Positions 45,846-56,236 of a stretch of 64,000 nucleotides of DNA are shown here, one piece after another. The stretch is taken from the IMG/VR virus record IMGVR_UViG_3300026512_000003, positions 64,001-128,000 of that record; one strand, given 5' to 3'. The position numbers and the translations under genes were made by a program. Origin of the DNA: a virus. Numbering within the stretch: the first letter of the stretch is position 1; each line of letters begins with the position of its first letter. Below the pieces are notes generated by a model. The model saw nothing but the letters and a program-made list of their open reading frames with translations, made no database searches and was not told the origin of the DNA.

Positions 45846-46283
45846 ATGAGTTTTTTAAGAGATGCTAATCTTGAAATTAGTAAAAAAACGAGTAATAATC
45901 TAGTTATTCTAATACAATATAGAACAAAAAAGGTAATTGAGGCTATAAGTAGTAATGATGCAAAAGAATGTTTGTATCGTCTAGCTAAGCTATCAATGAT
46001 GTCAAATGATATCTATGTGCATAGATTTGCACTTGCTGAAGATTTAGATGAAGTAAGAGAGTATTCAGATGCAATGGATATTTTCTCAGAAAATGTACGG
46101 GAAGTAGCAAGTGCTTCTTTGTTGTTTTTAGAAGAGAAATACAAATCTTTTGTTACAAAAGAAAAATTGCAACAGTTTATTGACTATGCAAGCAAAAATA
46201 AAATCACAAGAAAAACAATAAAGAAACAGTTGAAATTAATAATTCCAACAGCTGCTCCTATAAAAAAAAGAGGTGTTAGATGA
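45846..46283 (+). CDS. Hypothetical protein
   Basis: 145 aa, AAGGAAG RBS. Confidence 0.6.
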   Translation: MSFLRDANLEISKKTSNNLVILIQYRTKKVIEAISSNDAKECLYRLAKLSMMSNDIYVHRFALAEDLDEVREYSDAMDIFSENVREVASASLLFLEEKYKSFVTKEKLQQFIDYASKNKITRKTIKKQLKLIIPTAAPIKKRGVR

Positions 46284-48580
46284 GTGAATTAGAAAAACTT
46301 TTCGAGAACCCACCAATAACACAAGTTACAAAAAAAGGTGGTTATTTAGCAAATGTAGACATGAGTAAAATCACAGAAGAAGCAAAAGGTGCTTGTAAGG
46401 ATTTGGAGCATGTTAATTATGAAGAATTAATAATTGATGCACACATTTCATGGAAAGAAGGAATGACAACTTCTGAACTTCAAGAAGTGTTAATAAAAAC
46501 AGCAATAAATAAAATCAGTGCAGAAAGATCTAGTTGGACATTTGTTGCAGCAAGACTCACTTTAAGGAGGATGTATCATGATGTTGGAAGGTTGTATGGT
46601 AACAAGAAGGGTAAAAGATATCCTTCGCTAGAGCAATATATAAAAGTTGCAATGTCTACAGGAAAATACCACAAATCGTTTTGGAAAAAATTTGATTTAG
46701 AGTTATTAAACAAACAGATTGATGAGACAAGAGATCTCCAGTTTAATTATCTTGGAATAAAAACATATTTAGATAGATATGCTATATGCAATATGAAAGG
46801 TGCCTTGGTAGAACTTCCTCAACATATGTTTATGGGAATTGCAATGTTTTTAGCCCAAAAAGAGGATGATTGTAATAAGTGGGCAATAATTTTTTACAAC
46901 AAAATAAGTAAGTTTAATGTCATGCTTGCAACCCCAACACTGTCTAATGCAAGATTAAACAGACATCAATTATCAAGTTGTTTTGTTGGAGGACACTCAG
47001 ATAGTTTAAGTGATATTTTTAGAGGATATGACACAAAAGCAACAATTTCAAAATACGGAGGTGGAATAGGATGGGATTGGACTCAGACAAGAGCCTCTGG
47101 TGGTGATATTGATGGTTATATTGGCGTGGCAAAAGGTACAACATCTTTTCTTAAAATTGATAATGACATTGCTATTGCTGTAGATCAGCTTGGTGTAAGA
47201 AAAGGAAGCTTTGCTCCGTATATGCAGGATTGGCATATGGATATTTTCGAGTTTTTAAAACTTAAAGAGGCAGGTGGTGAAGATAGAAAAAGAGCGAGGG
47301 ACCTAAACCTTGCTTTATGGATGTCAGATGAATTTATGAGAAGAGAATCTGAAAATAAGGATTGGACATTATTTGATCCAGCAGAAGTTCCACATTTGAA
47401 TGAGCTTCATGGTGATGCTTTTACGGTAGCATATTTGAAAGCTGAAAAAGATCCTACTCTTAGAAAAAGAGTAGTTCCTGCAAGATTGATTTTCGGAGAA
47501 GCGATGAGGCTTGCTTTTAAATTTGGTATGCCATTTATAGGTTTTAAAGATGCTGTAAATAAAGGCAATATGAATTCAAATACAGGGATAATAAGATGCT
47601 CTAACTTGTGTACAGAAATACTTCAAGTAACCGAACCATCAAAAGATATTATAAAAATAACTTTTAATGATAATGAAAAAAGAGAATATCTTGAAAAAAC
47701 AAGGCTGAAATCTGTAAAAGCTAAAGATATTGAGCTAGGTGATATTATAGATGGTAAAATAGTTACTAAAAAAGAAAGCTCTTTTACTAAAGAAAGGATG
47801 GCAATATGTAATCTTGGTTCTGTCCATTTAGCTAAATATGTAAAGAGTGCTCTTGCTGAAAGAAAAGATACTATTTTTACAATGATTAGAATGCTCGATA
47901 ATGTTATAGATAATAATTTGTACACAAAAGACTCCATAAGAGACACAGCTTTTGCAACTAGAGCTATTGGAATGGGTGTGATGGGAGAGATGGAAGCTCT
48001 TGCTGATGCAAAAATTTACTTTGGAAGCGAAGAGCATTTGCTGTGGATAGATGAGGTTTATTCGGAAATAAGAAAATTTGCAGAAGAAGCGTCTCAAACT
48101 CTAGCAAAAGAAAAAGGTGTTTTCCCAGAATATTCTATGTCTGATTGGGAGAAACCAATGAGAAATGCGTATTTGATGGCAATCGCCCCAACAAGTTCAA
48201 TAGCTATTTTTGTTGGGACAACTAACTGTATTGAGCCTGTTTTTGATAGATTCTGGTATGAGGAGAATATGGAAGGAATTGTTCCTATGACTGCTCCAGG
48301 GCTAAATGTAGAAAACTACGCATACTATCAGTCTGCTTACGATATACCTTTTGAAAAACAAGCAGTTGCAGTAGCTACGAGACAAAAGTATATAGATCAA
48401 GGACAGTCATTTAATATACATATAAGACCTGATGACATAAAAGAAGTTAGTGACATGGCAAAAATGTATAGATATGCATGGATGCTAGGTATAAAAACAA
48501 TATATTATGTGCGATCTCAAGCACCAGAAGCTGACAATTTAGTAATAGATAGAAAAATGGAGTGTACAGGATGTCAATAG
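46280..48580 (+). CDS. nrdA: Class Ia ribonucleotide reductase alpha subunit
   Basis: ATP cone, ATPTLSN, LSSCF, SNLCTEI, CNLGS, IAPTSS, TIYYVR, C-terminal CTGC. Confidence 0.96.
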   Translation: MSELEKLFENPPITQVTKKGGYLANVDMSKITEEAKGACKDLEHVNYEELIIDAHISWKEGMTTSELQEVLIKTAINKISAERSSWTFVAARLTLRRMYHDVGRLYGNKKGKRYPSLEQYIKVAMSTGKYHKSFWKKFDLELLNKQIDETRDLQFNYLGIKTYLDRYAICNMKGALVELPQHMFMGIAMFLAQKEDDCNKWAIIFYNKISKFNVMLATPTLSNARLNRHQLSSCFVGGHSDSLSDIFRGYDTKATISKYGGGIGWDWTQTRASGGDIDGYIGVAKGTTSFLKIDNDIAIAVDQLGVRKGSFAPYMQDWHMDIFEFLKLKEAGGEDRKRARDLNLALWMSDEFMRRESENKDWTLFDPAEVPHLNELHGDAFTVAYLKAEKDPTLRKRVVPARLIFGEAMRLAFKFGMPFIGFKDAVNKGNMNSNTGIIRCSNLCTEILQVTEPSKDIIKITFNDNEKREYLEKTRLKSVKAKDIELGDIIDGKIVTKKESSFTKERMAICNLGSVHLAKYVKSALAERKDTIFTMIRMLDNVIDNNLYTKDSIRDTAFATRAIGMGVMGEMEALADAKIYFGSEEHLLWIDEVYSEIRKFAEEASQTLAKEKGVFPEYSMSDWEKPMRNAYLMAIAPTSSIAIFVGTTNCIEPVFDRFWYEENMEGIVPMTAPGLNVENYAYYQSAYDIPFEKQAVAVATRQKYIDQGQSFNIHIRPDDIKEVSDMAKMYRYAWMLGIKTIYYVRSQAPEADNLVIDRKMECTGCQ

Positions 48581-49680
48581 AAAAAAAATATAATATGGTT
48601 AAAGCAAGTGAAGTAACTTTAGACACAGAAATTACAGAACTTGTTTTGTTTAATCCAGAACCAACAGTGTGTAACTCTTCTGCTGCTCCTATTGGTTCAA
48701 ATGTTGATGGAATTATAGACACCTCAGTTGGCCCTCAATGGGCAATGAAGCTATGGGATGTAATGAGATCAAATGACTGGTTTCCAGCAGAAGCAGATAC
48801 TAGCTCAGATGGTGCAGAGTATGTAAAGCTTGACGAAGCACACAAAAGAGCATATGATTTAGCTATTTCATCTCTTATATACAACGACAGTGTTCAGACT
48901 CGCAACCTTGCAAACAACATGATACCATATATAACTGATGGTAAAATAGTCATGGTGCTCACAAGGCAAGCCTTTGAAGAAGCAAACCACACTATTTCCT
49001 ATTCGGTGTTGCTAACAGATGTTTCCCCAAATAAAGATGAAATTTATGAGCTTTATCGAAAGGACGAATTTCTCAAAGAAAGAAACCAATACTTAGATGA
49101 GCTATATGGCGAATTAGCCTATTCAAAAGGAGAAAAAACAACAGTAAGAATCTTAATTAGAGCAATGATAGCAAATAATATTTTGGAGTCTATTATGTTT
49201 TATGCAGGTTTTGTGTTTTTTTGGTATCTTGGAATAAGAATGCCTGGGACAGCAAAAATGATTTCTTTTATTGCAAGAGATGAGAGAACTCATGTTGTGC
49301 TATTTAGGCAACTTCTTAAAAGTACATTAAAAAGTTACCCCGGAATAGACAAAGGCGAAGTTGAACAAATGCTTAGAGAAGAAGTACATAAAGCAACAGA
49401 AAATGAAAAACGATGGCTGAAGTACTTTACGGGTGGAAAAATTGCTGAATTTTCAGAAAAAGCTATCTCTGCATATATAGAAGATAAAGCTAACCAAATT
49501 ACAGAAGGATTTGGCTTTAATAAAATATATCCAAAAATAGGATATAATCCTTTAATGGCTTTTGAAAAGGCTTACGATAAGCCAAATGAGCAAAAGACAA
49601 ATCAGCTAGAAATGAATCCTACAACATATGATGTAAGAACACTTCCTATGGAAGATTATTTAGAAGGGGGCGAAATATGA
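48571..49680 (+). CDS. nrdB: Class Ia ribonucleotide reductase beta subunit
   Basis: DSVQ, EEANH..SY (radical Tyr), LESIMFYAGF, DERTH. Confidence 0.93.
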   Translation: MSIEKKYNMVKASEVTLDTEITELVLFNPEPTVCNSSAAPIGSNVDGIIDTSVGPQWAMKLWDVMRSNDWFPAEADTSSDGAEYVKLDEAHKRAYDLAISSLIYNDSVQTRNLANNMIPYITDGKIVMVLTRQAFEEANHTISYSVLLTDVSPNKDEIYELYRKDEFLKERNQYLDELYGELAYSKGEKTTVRILIRAMIANNILESIMFYAGFVFFWYLGIRMPGTAKMISFIARDERTHVVLFRQLLKSTLKSYPGIDKGEVEQMLREEVHKATENEKRWLKYFTGGKIAEFSEKAISAYIEDKANQITEGFGFNKIYPKIGYNPLMAFEKAYDKPNEQKTNQLEMNPTTYDVRTLPMEDYLEGGEI

Positions 49681-49774
49681 AAAAAATTATTGCATGCTAA
49701 TTGCTTAAAAGATTTATTAATATGTGCTAGCTGAAAAGCTAGCCAAATAAACAAAAAAACAATAAGGAAAAGAA

Positions 49775-50281
49775 ATGGATTTTAGTTACACAGATGGAGT
49801 ACTGAAATATAAAGGCAAAAAATGTGGGACTGCTGTTGTTTATGAGGATGGAAAGGTTGATGTAGAGATTGTTGTAAAAACAGCAAAAAAAGCATGGGAT
49901 GATGCAGCCTTGACTGAACAAGAAGTTTGGGATCTTGTCGATTATAAAGTTGAAGTTGGTTTAAAAAAAGAGACAGACTCTACAACTGAAGTTGAAACAA
50001 AAACTGAAGAAGCTAAAAATGTTGAAGAAGCTAAAAATGTTGAAGAAGCTAAAAATGTTGAAGAAGTTGAAAAATCTGAAGTGAAACCAGAAAATGAACA
50101 GCTTAAAAAATTAAAAGAAAGAGCAAAAGAAGAAAATCTAGTTTTAGCAAAAACAGAAGATGGCTTATACATGCTCCTTAAACCTCAGTTCGAAGATTAT
50201 GATGGAGACGATATAATTGAAGCGTCAAAACCAGAAGAACTTATTGGAAAGAGTAATATTGTTGAAATTATCGTAGGGTAA
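49775..50281 (+). CDS. Acidic hypothetical protein with (EEAKNV)3 repeat
   Basis: 18-bp repeat GAAGAAGCTAAAAATGTT x3 near 50006-50059. Confidence 0.6.
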   Translation: MDFSYTDGVLKYKGKKCGTAVVYEDGKVDVEIVVKTAKKAWDDAALTEQEVWDLVDYKVEVGLKKETDSTTEVETKTEEAKNVEEAKNVEEAKNVEEVEKSEVKPENEQLKKLKERAKEENLVLAKTEDGLYMLLKPQFEDYDGDDIIEASKPEELIGKSNIVEIIVG

Positions 50282-50291
50282 TTTTTAGTAA

Positions 50292-50323
50292 AAAGGGGGA
50301 AGAATGTTTTCCCCTTATTTTTT
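50292..50323 (+). terminator. Intrinsic terminator
   Basis: AAGGGGGA...TTCCCCTT followed by ATTTTTT. Confidence 0.65.
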
Positions 50324-50343
50324 AAGAAAATAAGGATAGATAA

Positions 50344-50715
50344 GTGGAAGAAATTAAAGTAGGAGAATTGCTTGGATTTAAAAAAAAAGGAAGTAAACAA
50401 ATTTTTTTAAATCTTTGTCCACACTCAGTGGAAATACTAACTGTAGAAGGTATTTTTAGTATACCCCAAAGTGGGACAGTAGCTAGAGTTGAAAAGAGAT
50501 ATTGCGAGGAAAAGGTGCATTCCGGAATTCCAATTGAATCTCCAAAATTTGGAAAAGTACATGGACTACCAGATGCGAAAGAAAATGTTATGTATATAGT
50601 ATCAGGGATAGTTTTAAATGCATTAGGTGATAACAGAAAGAGAGATGTGTGTGCTATTGGAAGTAGAATAACACAGGGAAATATTAAGGTAGCAACTTCA
50701 TTTAGAATATTATAG
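50344..50715 (+). CDS. Second NLTPH-family protein (NLCPH variant)
   Basis: NLCPH...IPQSGTVARV...VHGLPD...MYIVS...RDV. Confidence 0.55.
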   Translation: MEEIKVGELLGFKKKGSKQIFLNLCPHSVEILTVEGIFSIPQSGTVARVEKRYCEEKVHSGIPIESPKFGKVHGLPDAKENVMYIVSGIVLNALGDNRKRDVCAIGSRITQGNIKVATSFRIL

Positions 50716-50725
50716 AAGGACTACT

Positions 50726-52333
50726 ATGATTAGCAATTCTACAATTGAAGAATTAAAAAGCAAGATTGATGTCTTAGAAGTTGCAGAGCTATTTGTAGAG
50801 CTAAAAAAAGCGGGGAGTATATATAAGGGGCTGTCTCCTTTTGGTTTTGAGAAAACACCTTCTTTTGTTGTTTCACCATCAAAAAATATATGGAATGATT
50901 TTTCATCTGGAGTAGGTGGAGATGCAATAAAATTATTTCAACTTGTAAACAATATGACTTTCCCTGAAGCTGTTGAAGAGCTTTGTGAAAAATATAATGT
51001 AACAATGGTTAATGACAATGTTACTAAAAATGTACTTTCTAGAAGTGAGTTAGAACAATATTCAAAATGGTGTTGTGAAAATTTGAAAAAAAGCGAAATA
51101 CAAACTAAGTATTTAAAAAATCGTGGACTAACTATAGAAACTATAGAAAAATTTCAAATAGGATTATCCCCATCTTCAAGAGAGGTTGTAGATTTTGTAA
51201 AAAGTAATTTTTTGAATGTGCAAAATTGTATAGATGTTGGGATTATAGACAATGGCGAGAGAGGTCTTTATGCCAGATTTATAGACAGAATAATGTTCCC
51301 AATTTTTGATGTAAGGGGAAAAATCTGTGGTTTTAGTGGTAGAACAATTAATGGTCATGTTGCAAAATACATTAATACTAGAGATACAGAACTGTTTAAA
51401 AAATCAGCTTTGTTATATGGGTTTAATTTTGCAAGAGAAAAAATATCAAAAAAAAACTTTTTTATTCTGAGTGAAGGGCAAATAGATATTGCTTTGCAAC
51501 ATCAAGTCGGCATAAAATATGCTATAGCATCAATGGGAACAGCTCTAACAGAAATACATGTAAAAGCAATAAAGAGGGTTGCTAATAAAGGGATTGTTGC
51601 TTATGACGGGGATCCTGCTGGAATTAAGGCAGCTATAAAAGCTTGCGGATTGTTTATGAAAAACGGCGTTGAAGTTAGGGTTGTGTTGCTGGATGATGGT
51701 CAAGATCCAGCAGATATGATTTCCCAAGGAAAATCTCTAAAATATTGGGAACTTTTAAAAAAAGGAATAAAGGCAATAGATTTTTGTGTTGCGAGAATAC
51801 TTGGGCAATTTGATATTAAAAACCCGTATCAAGTAGAAGAGGCACAAAAAGAGCTTTCTCTTTTTGCAAAAAATATGCCAGAGGCAATAGAAAAAGAGAT
51901 ATTGAATATTGGGGAACAAAAAACAAATTGTAAAATCCTTAAAACAGTTGAAAAGTATGTAAAACCCAAAAAAAGTACTTTGAGCTTAAAAGAAAAAGAA
52001 CTTCTTAAATATGTGCTTGAAAATAAACATGAACTTGGAAAAATAATTTCCATAAAAAAATGTTTCTCAAATATCGAAGTAATTCAACTTCTAGAAGATG
52101 GTAAATTTGAGGATACTAGGCTAACAGAAATAATACTCGATGAGGACATATGGTTACATGAGACTATTGATGAGGAGGTGTTGCTTTTTAAAATAGAATG
52201 TCTTCAAAAACATATTCAGAAACTTCCAAAAATGAAACTGTCTTCGATAAGAAGAGCAACTTTAATAAGGGATGGTCAAAATAAACTTAGAGGTTTAAGA
52301 AATGAGTTAAAGGAGCAAAGAGGTGATAATTAG
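50726..52333 (+). CDS. dnaG: DNA primase DnaG
   Basis: EKTPSF, RIMFPI, FSGR, KYINT, EGQID, MGTALT, YDGDPAG, DPAD. Confidence 0.95.
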   Translation: MISNSTIEELKSKIDVLEVAELFVELKKAGSIYKGLSPFGFEKTPSFVVSPSKNIWNDFSSGVGGDAIKLFQLVNNMTFPEAVEELCEKYNVTMVNDNVTKNVLSRSELEQYSKWCCENLKKSEIQTKYLKNRGLTIETIEKFQIGLSPSSREVVDFVKSNFLNVQNCIDVGIIDNGERGLYARFIDRIMFPIFDVRGKICGFSGRTINGHVAKYINTRDTELFKKSALLYGFNFAREKISKKNFFILSEGQIDIALQHQVGIKYAIASMGTALTEIHVKAIKRVANKGIVAYDGDPAGIKAAIKACGLFMKNGVEVRVVLLDDGQDPADMISQGKSLKYWELLKKGIKAIDFCVARILGQFDIKNPYQVEEAQKELSLFAKNMPEAIEKEILNIGEQKTNCKILKTVEKYVKPKKSTLSLKEKELLKYVLENKHELGKIISIKKCFSNIEVIQLLEDGKFEDTRLTEIILDEDIWLHETIDEEVLLFKIECLQKHIQKLPKMKLSSIRRATLIRDGQNKLRGLRNELKEQRGDN

Positions 52334-52814
52334 CAATAAGTCAAACAGAGCATATAATGGGCTTTTGAATGAAATAAGAAAAAAGTTTTTTAAAGATTTT
52401 TCTGTTAAAGACTTTAGGAAGATGATAAAGCAAATGGATCCGGAATACCCAATTAATAGTGATGGTACATATATAAGTATGACTACTATTACTGAAGTAC
52501 AGTTAAAAAAACATATGAGTTTTATTAAGCTATTTGCATACAAAAGAGGGTACCGAGTTGAAAGCTTAACTGAAGTGGAAAACATAATCTTTTTGGAGTC
52601 TAAAATAGATACTAGAATAATAGGAATGCCTGTTGAAGAAGATGGAATGTATACAGCAGTAGTTGTGTGCTCTAACTGTGGTATGGCTACAAAAAAAGGA
52701 CTTACTAAAAATAGGCTTAATCAACTTCGACGGATAGAAAAAAAAGAAGAAGCAGAGCAAAAAGGAGTGAATAGTTTTACTTGTATGTGTTGCTATGGAA
52801 AATATGGAGTATGA
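52323..52814 (+). CDS. Hypothetical protein with Cys cluster
   Basis: CSNC...CMCC. Confidence 0.55.
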   Translation: MIISNKSNRAYNGLLNEIRKKFFKDFSVKDFRKMIKQMDPEYPINSDGTYISMTTITEVQLKKHMSFIKLFAYKRGYRVESLTEVENIIFLESKIDTRIIGMPVEEDGMYTAVVVCSNCGMATKKGLTKNRLNQLRRIEKKEEAEQKGVNSFTCMCCYGKYGV

Positions 52815-53118
52815 CATGATTATTGTTTTTATAGTTATACTTGGCTTGGGAATTATCTTTGGTGAAAAAACATTTATGATTCTAACAGGGTTCTTTTTGT
52901 TGTTGTTCGGAATAGAATTTGTATTTAAAGGGTTAACAGAATATACTGAAGCAAAATTAAAAATCATAGGTTTCTCTTTGATAGTTATAGGGTTCTTAAC
53001 AATCTTTTTAACACAATTTTTTGGGCTAGCTTTATTTGCTACAGGAATATTTGCTTGCATTAAGGTACTTATAATATGGTTGATTATTATTGAAAGGAGA
53101 TATTGTGACATGGGGTAA
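52795..53118 (+). CDS. Multi-pass membrane protein
   Basis: Three to four hydrophobic helices. Confidence 0.55.
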   Translation: MENMEYDMIIVFIVILGLGIIFGEKTFMILTGFFLLLFGIEFVFKGLTEYTEAKLKIIGFSLIVIGFLTIFLTQFFGLALFATGIFACIKVLIIWLIIIERRYCDMG

Positions 53119-53650
53119 AAAAAAATATAAGCCAGTGGACTTAAACGAACCAAATGATAATATTGTTATATATCCCTCTCTTAATAGGGAAGTTAGACAT
53201 GCATCATTTCAAAACAAAAGAAATGCTGGGGCAAAAGTAGCGATTGAGCGTGGTATGAGAAAAGTTGCAAAAAAGAATGTCCTTATAATTAAGGAATATA
53301 TGAGTTTTCTACACAGTATTAGTCACATGAATATAGAGGTTCACCATTGGAAATTAAGGAGTGAGATACAAAGAAATGACTATTTTATATGTTGCCTTAC
53401 GCCTGAGGAACACAAGGCAGTTCATGCGAATGGACCGAAGAAGTTCGTAGAAGATAGAGGTATGGAAAATTTACTTTTGGATTCTGCTAATTTGTTTGCT
53501 AAATGGATACAGACTGAGGAAGCACAAAAGCACAAGAACTTCGTTGAGTATTATGGAATGCTGAAAAACATACATCAGAAGCCAACAGATTTTGAGTATG
53601 TATTAGAATGTACAAGAGATTGTGTAAATGAAATAAGGTATAAGAGATAA
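53105..53650 (+). CDS. Putative HNH-like/DUF968-type nuclease
   Basis: EVHHW...CCLTPEEHKAVH; GTG after AAGGAG. Confidence 0.4.
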   Translation: MTWGKKKYKPVDLNEPNDNIVIYPSLNREVRHASFQNKRNAGAKVAIERGMRKVAKKNVLIIKEYMSFLHSISHMNIEVHHWKLRSEIQRNDYFICCLTPEEHKAVHANGPKKFVEDRGMENLLLDSANLFAKWIQTEEAQKHKNFVEYYGMLKNIHQKPTDFEYVLECTRDCVNEIRYKR

Positions 53651-53801
53651 GAGTAGAAATGAAAACCTATAATTAAATTAATGTAGGAATGGTAAAGAAA
53701 ACAAGGACAGCTTCGATATTAAATAGAATGCTGAACAAAAAAGGGTCTATTTGTAAAACAGAAGTAGATACCTAAAATATACAGTCTTAAAGGATAAATA
53801 A

Positions 53802-54074
53802 ATGGAAGTAAATAATATGAAAATAAAAAAAATAGATGACGAAATGTCTGTTGTTGAGGGTGTTATAAAAGGGGACAATGCTTTCATGTTAGCTCAAGGC
53901 TCAAAGTGCCTAATAAATGCTGAAATTATAGATGAATTTTCTACTAGTAGTGCTTTAAAAATCACTTTTATGGGAGAAAAAGGATTAGTGACAGCGATAG
54001 TAAAGCCATGTTCAATAGCTAGAGTTGATAGTAAAATTGGAAAAAAATTTTGTCAAATAAGTATCAGGTTGTAG
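53802..54074 (+). CDS. Hypothetical protein
   Basis: 90 aa, AAGGA RBS. Confidence 0.5.
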   Translation: MEVNNMKIKKIDDEMSVVEGVIKGDNAFMLAQGSKCLINAEIIDEFSTSSALKITFMGEKGLVTAIVKPCSIARVDSKIGKKFCQISIRL

Positions 54075-54076
54075 CA

Positions 54077-54979
54077 ATGAATGTATTAAGTCTATTTAAT
54101 GGAATTTCTGTAGGAAGAATGGCATTAGATAAAGCTGATATAAGTGTGTCTAGCTATTTTTCGTCAGAAATAAAACCAAATGCATTAGAATTTTGCAAAA
54201 GACATTTTCCTGAGGACGAAAAAAACTGTTTAGGAGATATCACAAAAATAGATAGTTCAAAATTGCCAAAGATTGATCTTCTTATAGGTGGTAGTCCTTG
54301 TCAAGATTTTAGTCAAGCCAATGCAATAAGGCGTGGGGTGGAAGGGAAGAAATCAGGTCTTTTTTACGAATATGTAAGACTTTTAAATGAGCTGAAACCG
54401 AGATGGTTTTTACTTGAGAATGTTTCGATGAAAAAAGAGCATGAAAATATTATTACCGAGGAACTTGGAGTGGAGCCAGTAGTAATCAACAGTAAGCTTG
54501 TGTCAGGGCAACTTCGCAAAAGGTTATATTGGACAAACATTCCACAAAATGAAGAACTCAAGGATAAGGGAATTATATTACAGGATGTATTGGACAGTGG
54601 ATATACAGACAGAAAAAAAGCAAGATGCTTACTCGTGTCTGATAGTAGACCTTTGGCTACTCCTGTTAAAATGTTTCATAGATATCATGCAACAGGATTT
54701 ACGACCCTTGTGTTTAAAGATAAGATTCATTACATAAAATGTATGGCACATTATAGAAAAAACTTTCCAGAAAAAACAGCGTTATCTATAGATAGAAGCA
54801 ATATAGATACTAGTATTTACAATGGAATAAGGTATTTAAATAAGAGGGAACGGGCTAGGTTGCAAAATATTGATGAAAAGTATGTAGAAAATATGGTAGA
54901 GAATGAAGTTTCTGGATTGTTAGGGGATAGTTGGACCCTTGATGTAATAGTACACTTAATAAAAGGGATAAAAAAATGA
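54077..54979 (+). CDS. DNA (cytosine-5)-methyltransferase
   Basis: VLSLFNG, GGSPCQD, LLENV, QLRKRLYW, LGDSW. Confidence 0.92.
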   Translation: MNVLSLFNGISVGRMALDKADISVSSYFSSEIKPNALEFCKRHFPEDEKNCLGDITKIDSSKLPKIDLLIGGSPCQDFSQANAIRRGVEGKKSGLFYEYVRLLNELKPRWFLLENVSMKKEHENIITEELGVEPVVINSKLVSGQLRKRLYWTNIPQNEELKDKGIILQDVLDSGYTDRKKARCLLVSDSRPLATPVKMFHRYHATGFTTLVFKDKIHYIKCMAHYRKNFPEKTALSIDRSNIDTSIYNGIRYLNKRERARLQNIDEKYVENMVENEVSGLLGDSWTLDVIVHLIKGIKK

Positions 54980-56202
54980 AAATTGCAGGAATTAGGATAG
55001 AAAATTATAAAAACATAGAGTTGGCTGAGTTAGAACTAGATAGTAAAATGAATATTATTAGTGGGAAAAATGGAGCGGGCAAAAGCTCTGTAATTGAGGC
55101 TATGATAGATGCTATTAAAGGAAAACAAAGTTTAGGGAAAAACCCTGAAAGGAAAATAAACAAAGGTAAAGACAAAGCTGTAATACAGCTTGAGACAAAC
55201 GAGTTGTATATAACAAGAACTATTACCCCAAAAGATGTGTATCTTAAGGCTGAGAGGATAGATGGAAAGCCTGTGACACAGACAGATTTAAACAACTTAT
55301 TTGAAGAAAGTACAATTCAAATAACAAAAATGTTACATTTAAGTCCGAAGGAGCAAATCGACTTTGTTAAAGAAATTGCAAAGATAGATACTTCAGAGGT
55401 TGAAAATAAATACAAACAAGTGTATGACGAGAGAACTTTCGACAATAGAATGCTTAAGCAAAAAAAAGCAATTCTTGATGATCTTGGCGAAGTACCAAAA
55501 GTAAAAAGTGTTGATTCTATGGAAATCAGTAATGGTCTTCAAGAAGCACTGGCGAAAAATGCTGCTATAACGAAAAAGATAACCAGGAAGAAAGAGCTTA
55601 GGGCAAAAATGGATGATACTACTTTGAAAATTGTAGAGATCCAAGCCGCTTTAAAAAAGCAAGAGGAATATCTAAAAGATCTTCAAAGACAAGAAATTGA
55701 AATAGTAGAAACAGAAGAGATGCTTATAGACACTACTGAGTTTTCTAAAAAGCTAGAGCAGGCTGATGAAATAAACAGGCAAGCAAGAAAATATGCTGAG
55801 TATAAGAAGATTTCAATCGAAGTTATGCAGGCGAAGAAAAAAGTAGAGAAAAGAAATGATGATTTGGAAAATTTACTCAAAGAAAGAGAAGCTATTATTG
55901 CTAATGCAAATCTTCCTTTTAATGGAATAGAATTTGATAAAAATCTTGGTGTTGTAATCAAAAGAATTCCATTTAGTGAACATTCTACAGCAGAAAAAAT
56001 ATCTATAATGGCGAAGATATACGCTAAGCAAAATCCATTACTCAAAGTCATATATATTAAAGACGGCTCATTGTTGGACAATGAAACGATGAAGGAAATA
56101 GTGGAAGACCAAGAGTTGGGGGATTATCAGTTTTTGATTGAATTAGTTGGTGAAACAGAAAATTCAATCATTATAAGAGAGGGAGTTATTGTAGAGCAAT
56201 AA
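54976..56202 (+). CDS. SMC/Rad50-like ATPase
   Basis: GKNGAGKSS Walker A, coiled coil, STAEK signature, IYIKDGSLLD. Confidence 0.82.
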   Translation: MKIAGIRIENYKNIELAELELDSKMNIISGKNGAGKSSVIEAMIDAIKGKQSLGKNPERKINKGKDKAVIQLETNELYITRTITPKDVYLKAERIDGKPVTQTDLNNLFEESTIQITKMLHLSPKEQIDFVKEIAKIDTSEVENKYKQVYDERTFDNRMLKQKKAILDDLGEVPKVKSVDSMEISNGLQEALAKNAAITKKITRKKELRAKMDDTTLKIVEIQAALKKQEEYLKDLQRQEIEIVETEEMLIDTTEFSKKLEQADEINRQARKYAEYKKISIEVMQAKKKVEKRNDDLENLLKEREAIIANANLPFNGIEFDKNLGVVIKRIPFSEHSTAEKISIMAKIYAKQNPLLKVIYIKDGSLLDNETMKEIVEDQELGDYQFLIELVGETENSIIIREGVIVEQ

Positions 56203-56236
56203 GTACCAATATTGTTAAATTTATTAAGGAGACGAA

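Noticed and set aside
47630-47800. Intein in NrdA (VKAKDIELGDII resembles an intein block)
   Set aside because: Too short and lacks N-terminal Cys/Ser and C-terminal HN-[CST] splice motifs
54077-54979. Restriction-modification system
   Set aside because: Orphan C5 methyltransferase with no adjacent recognisable endonuclease; common phage self-protection
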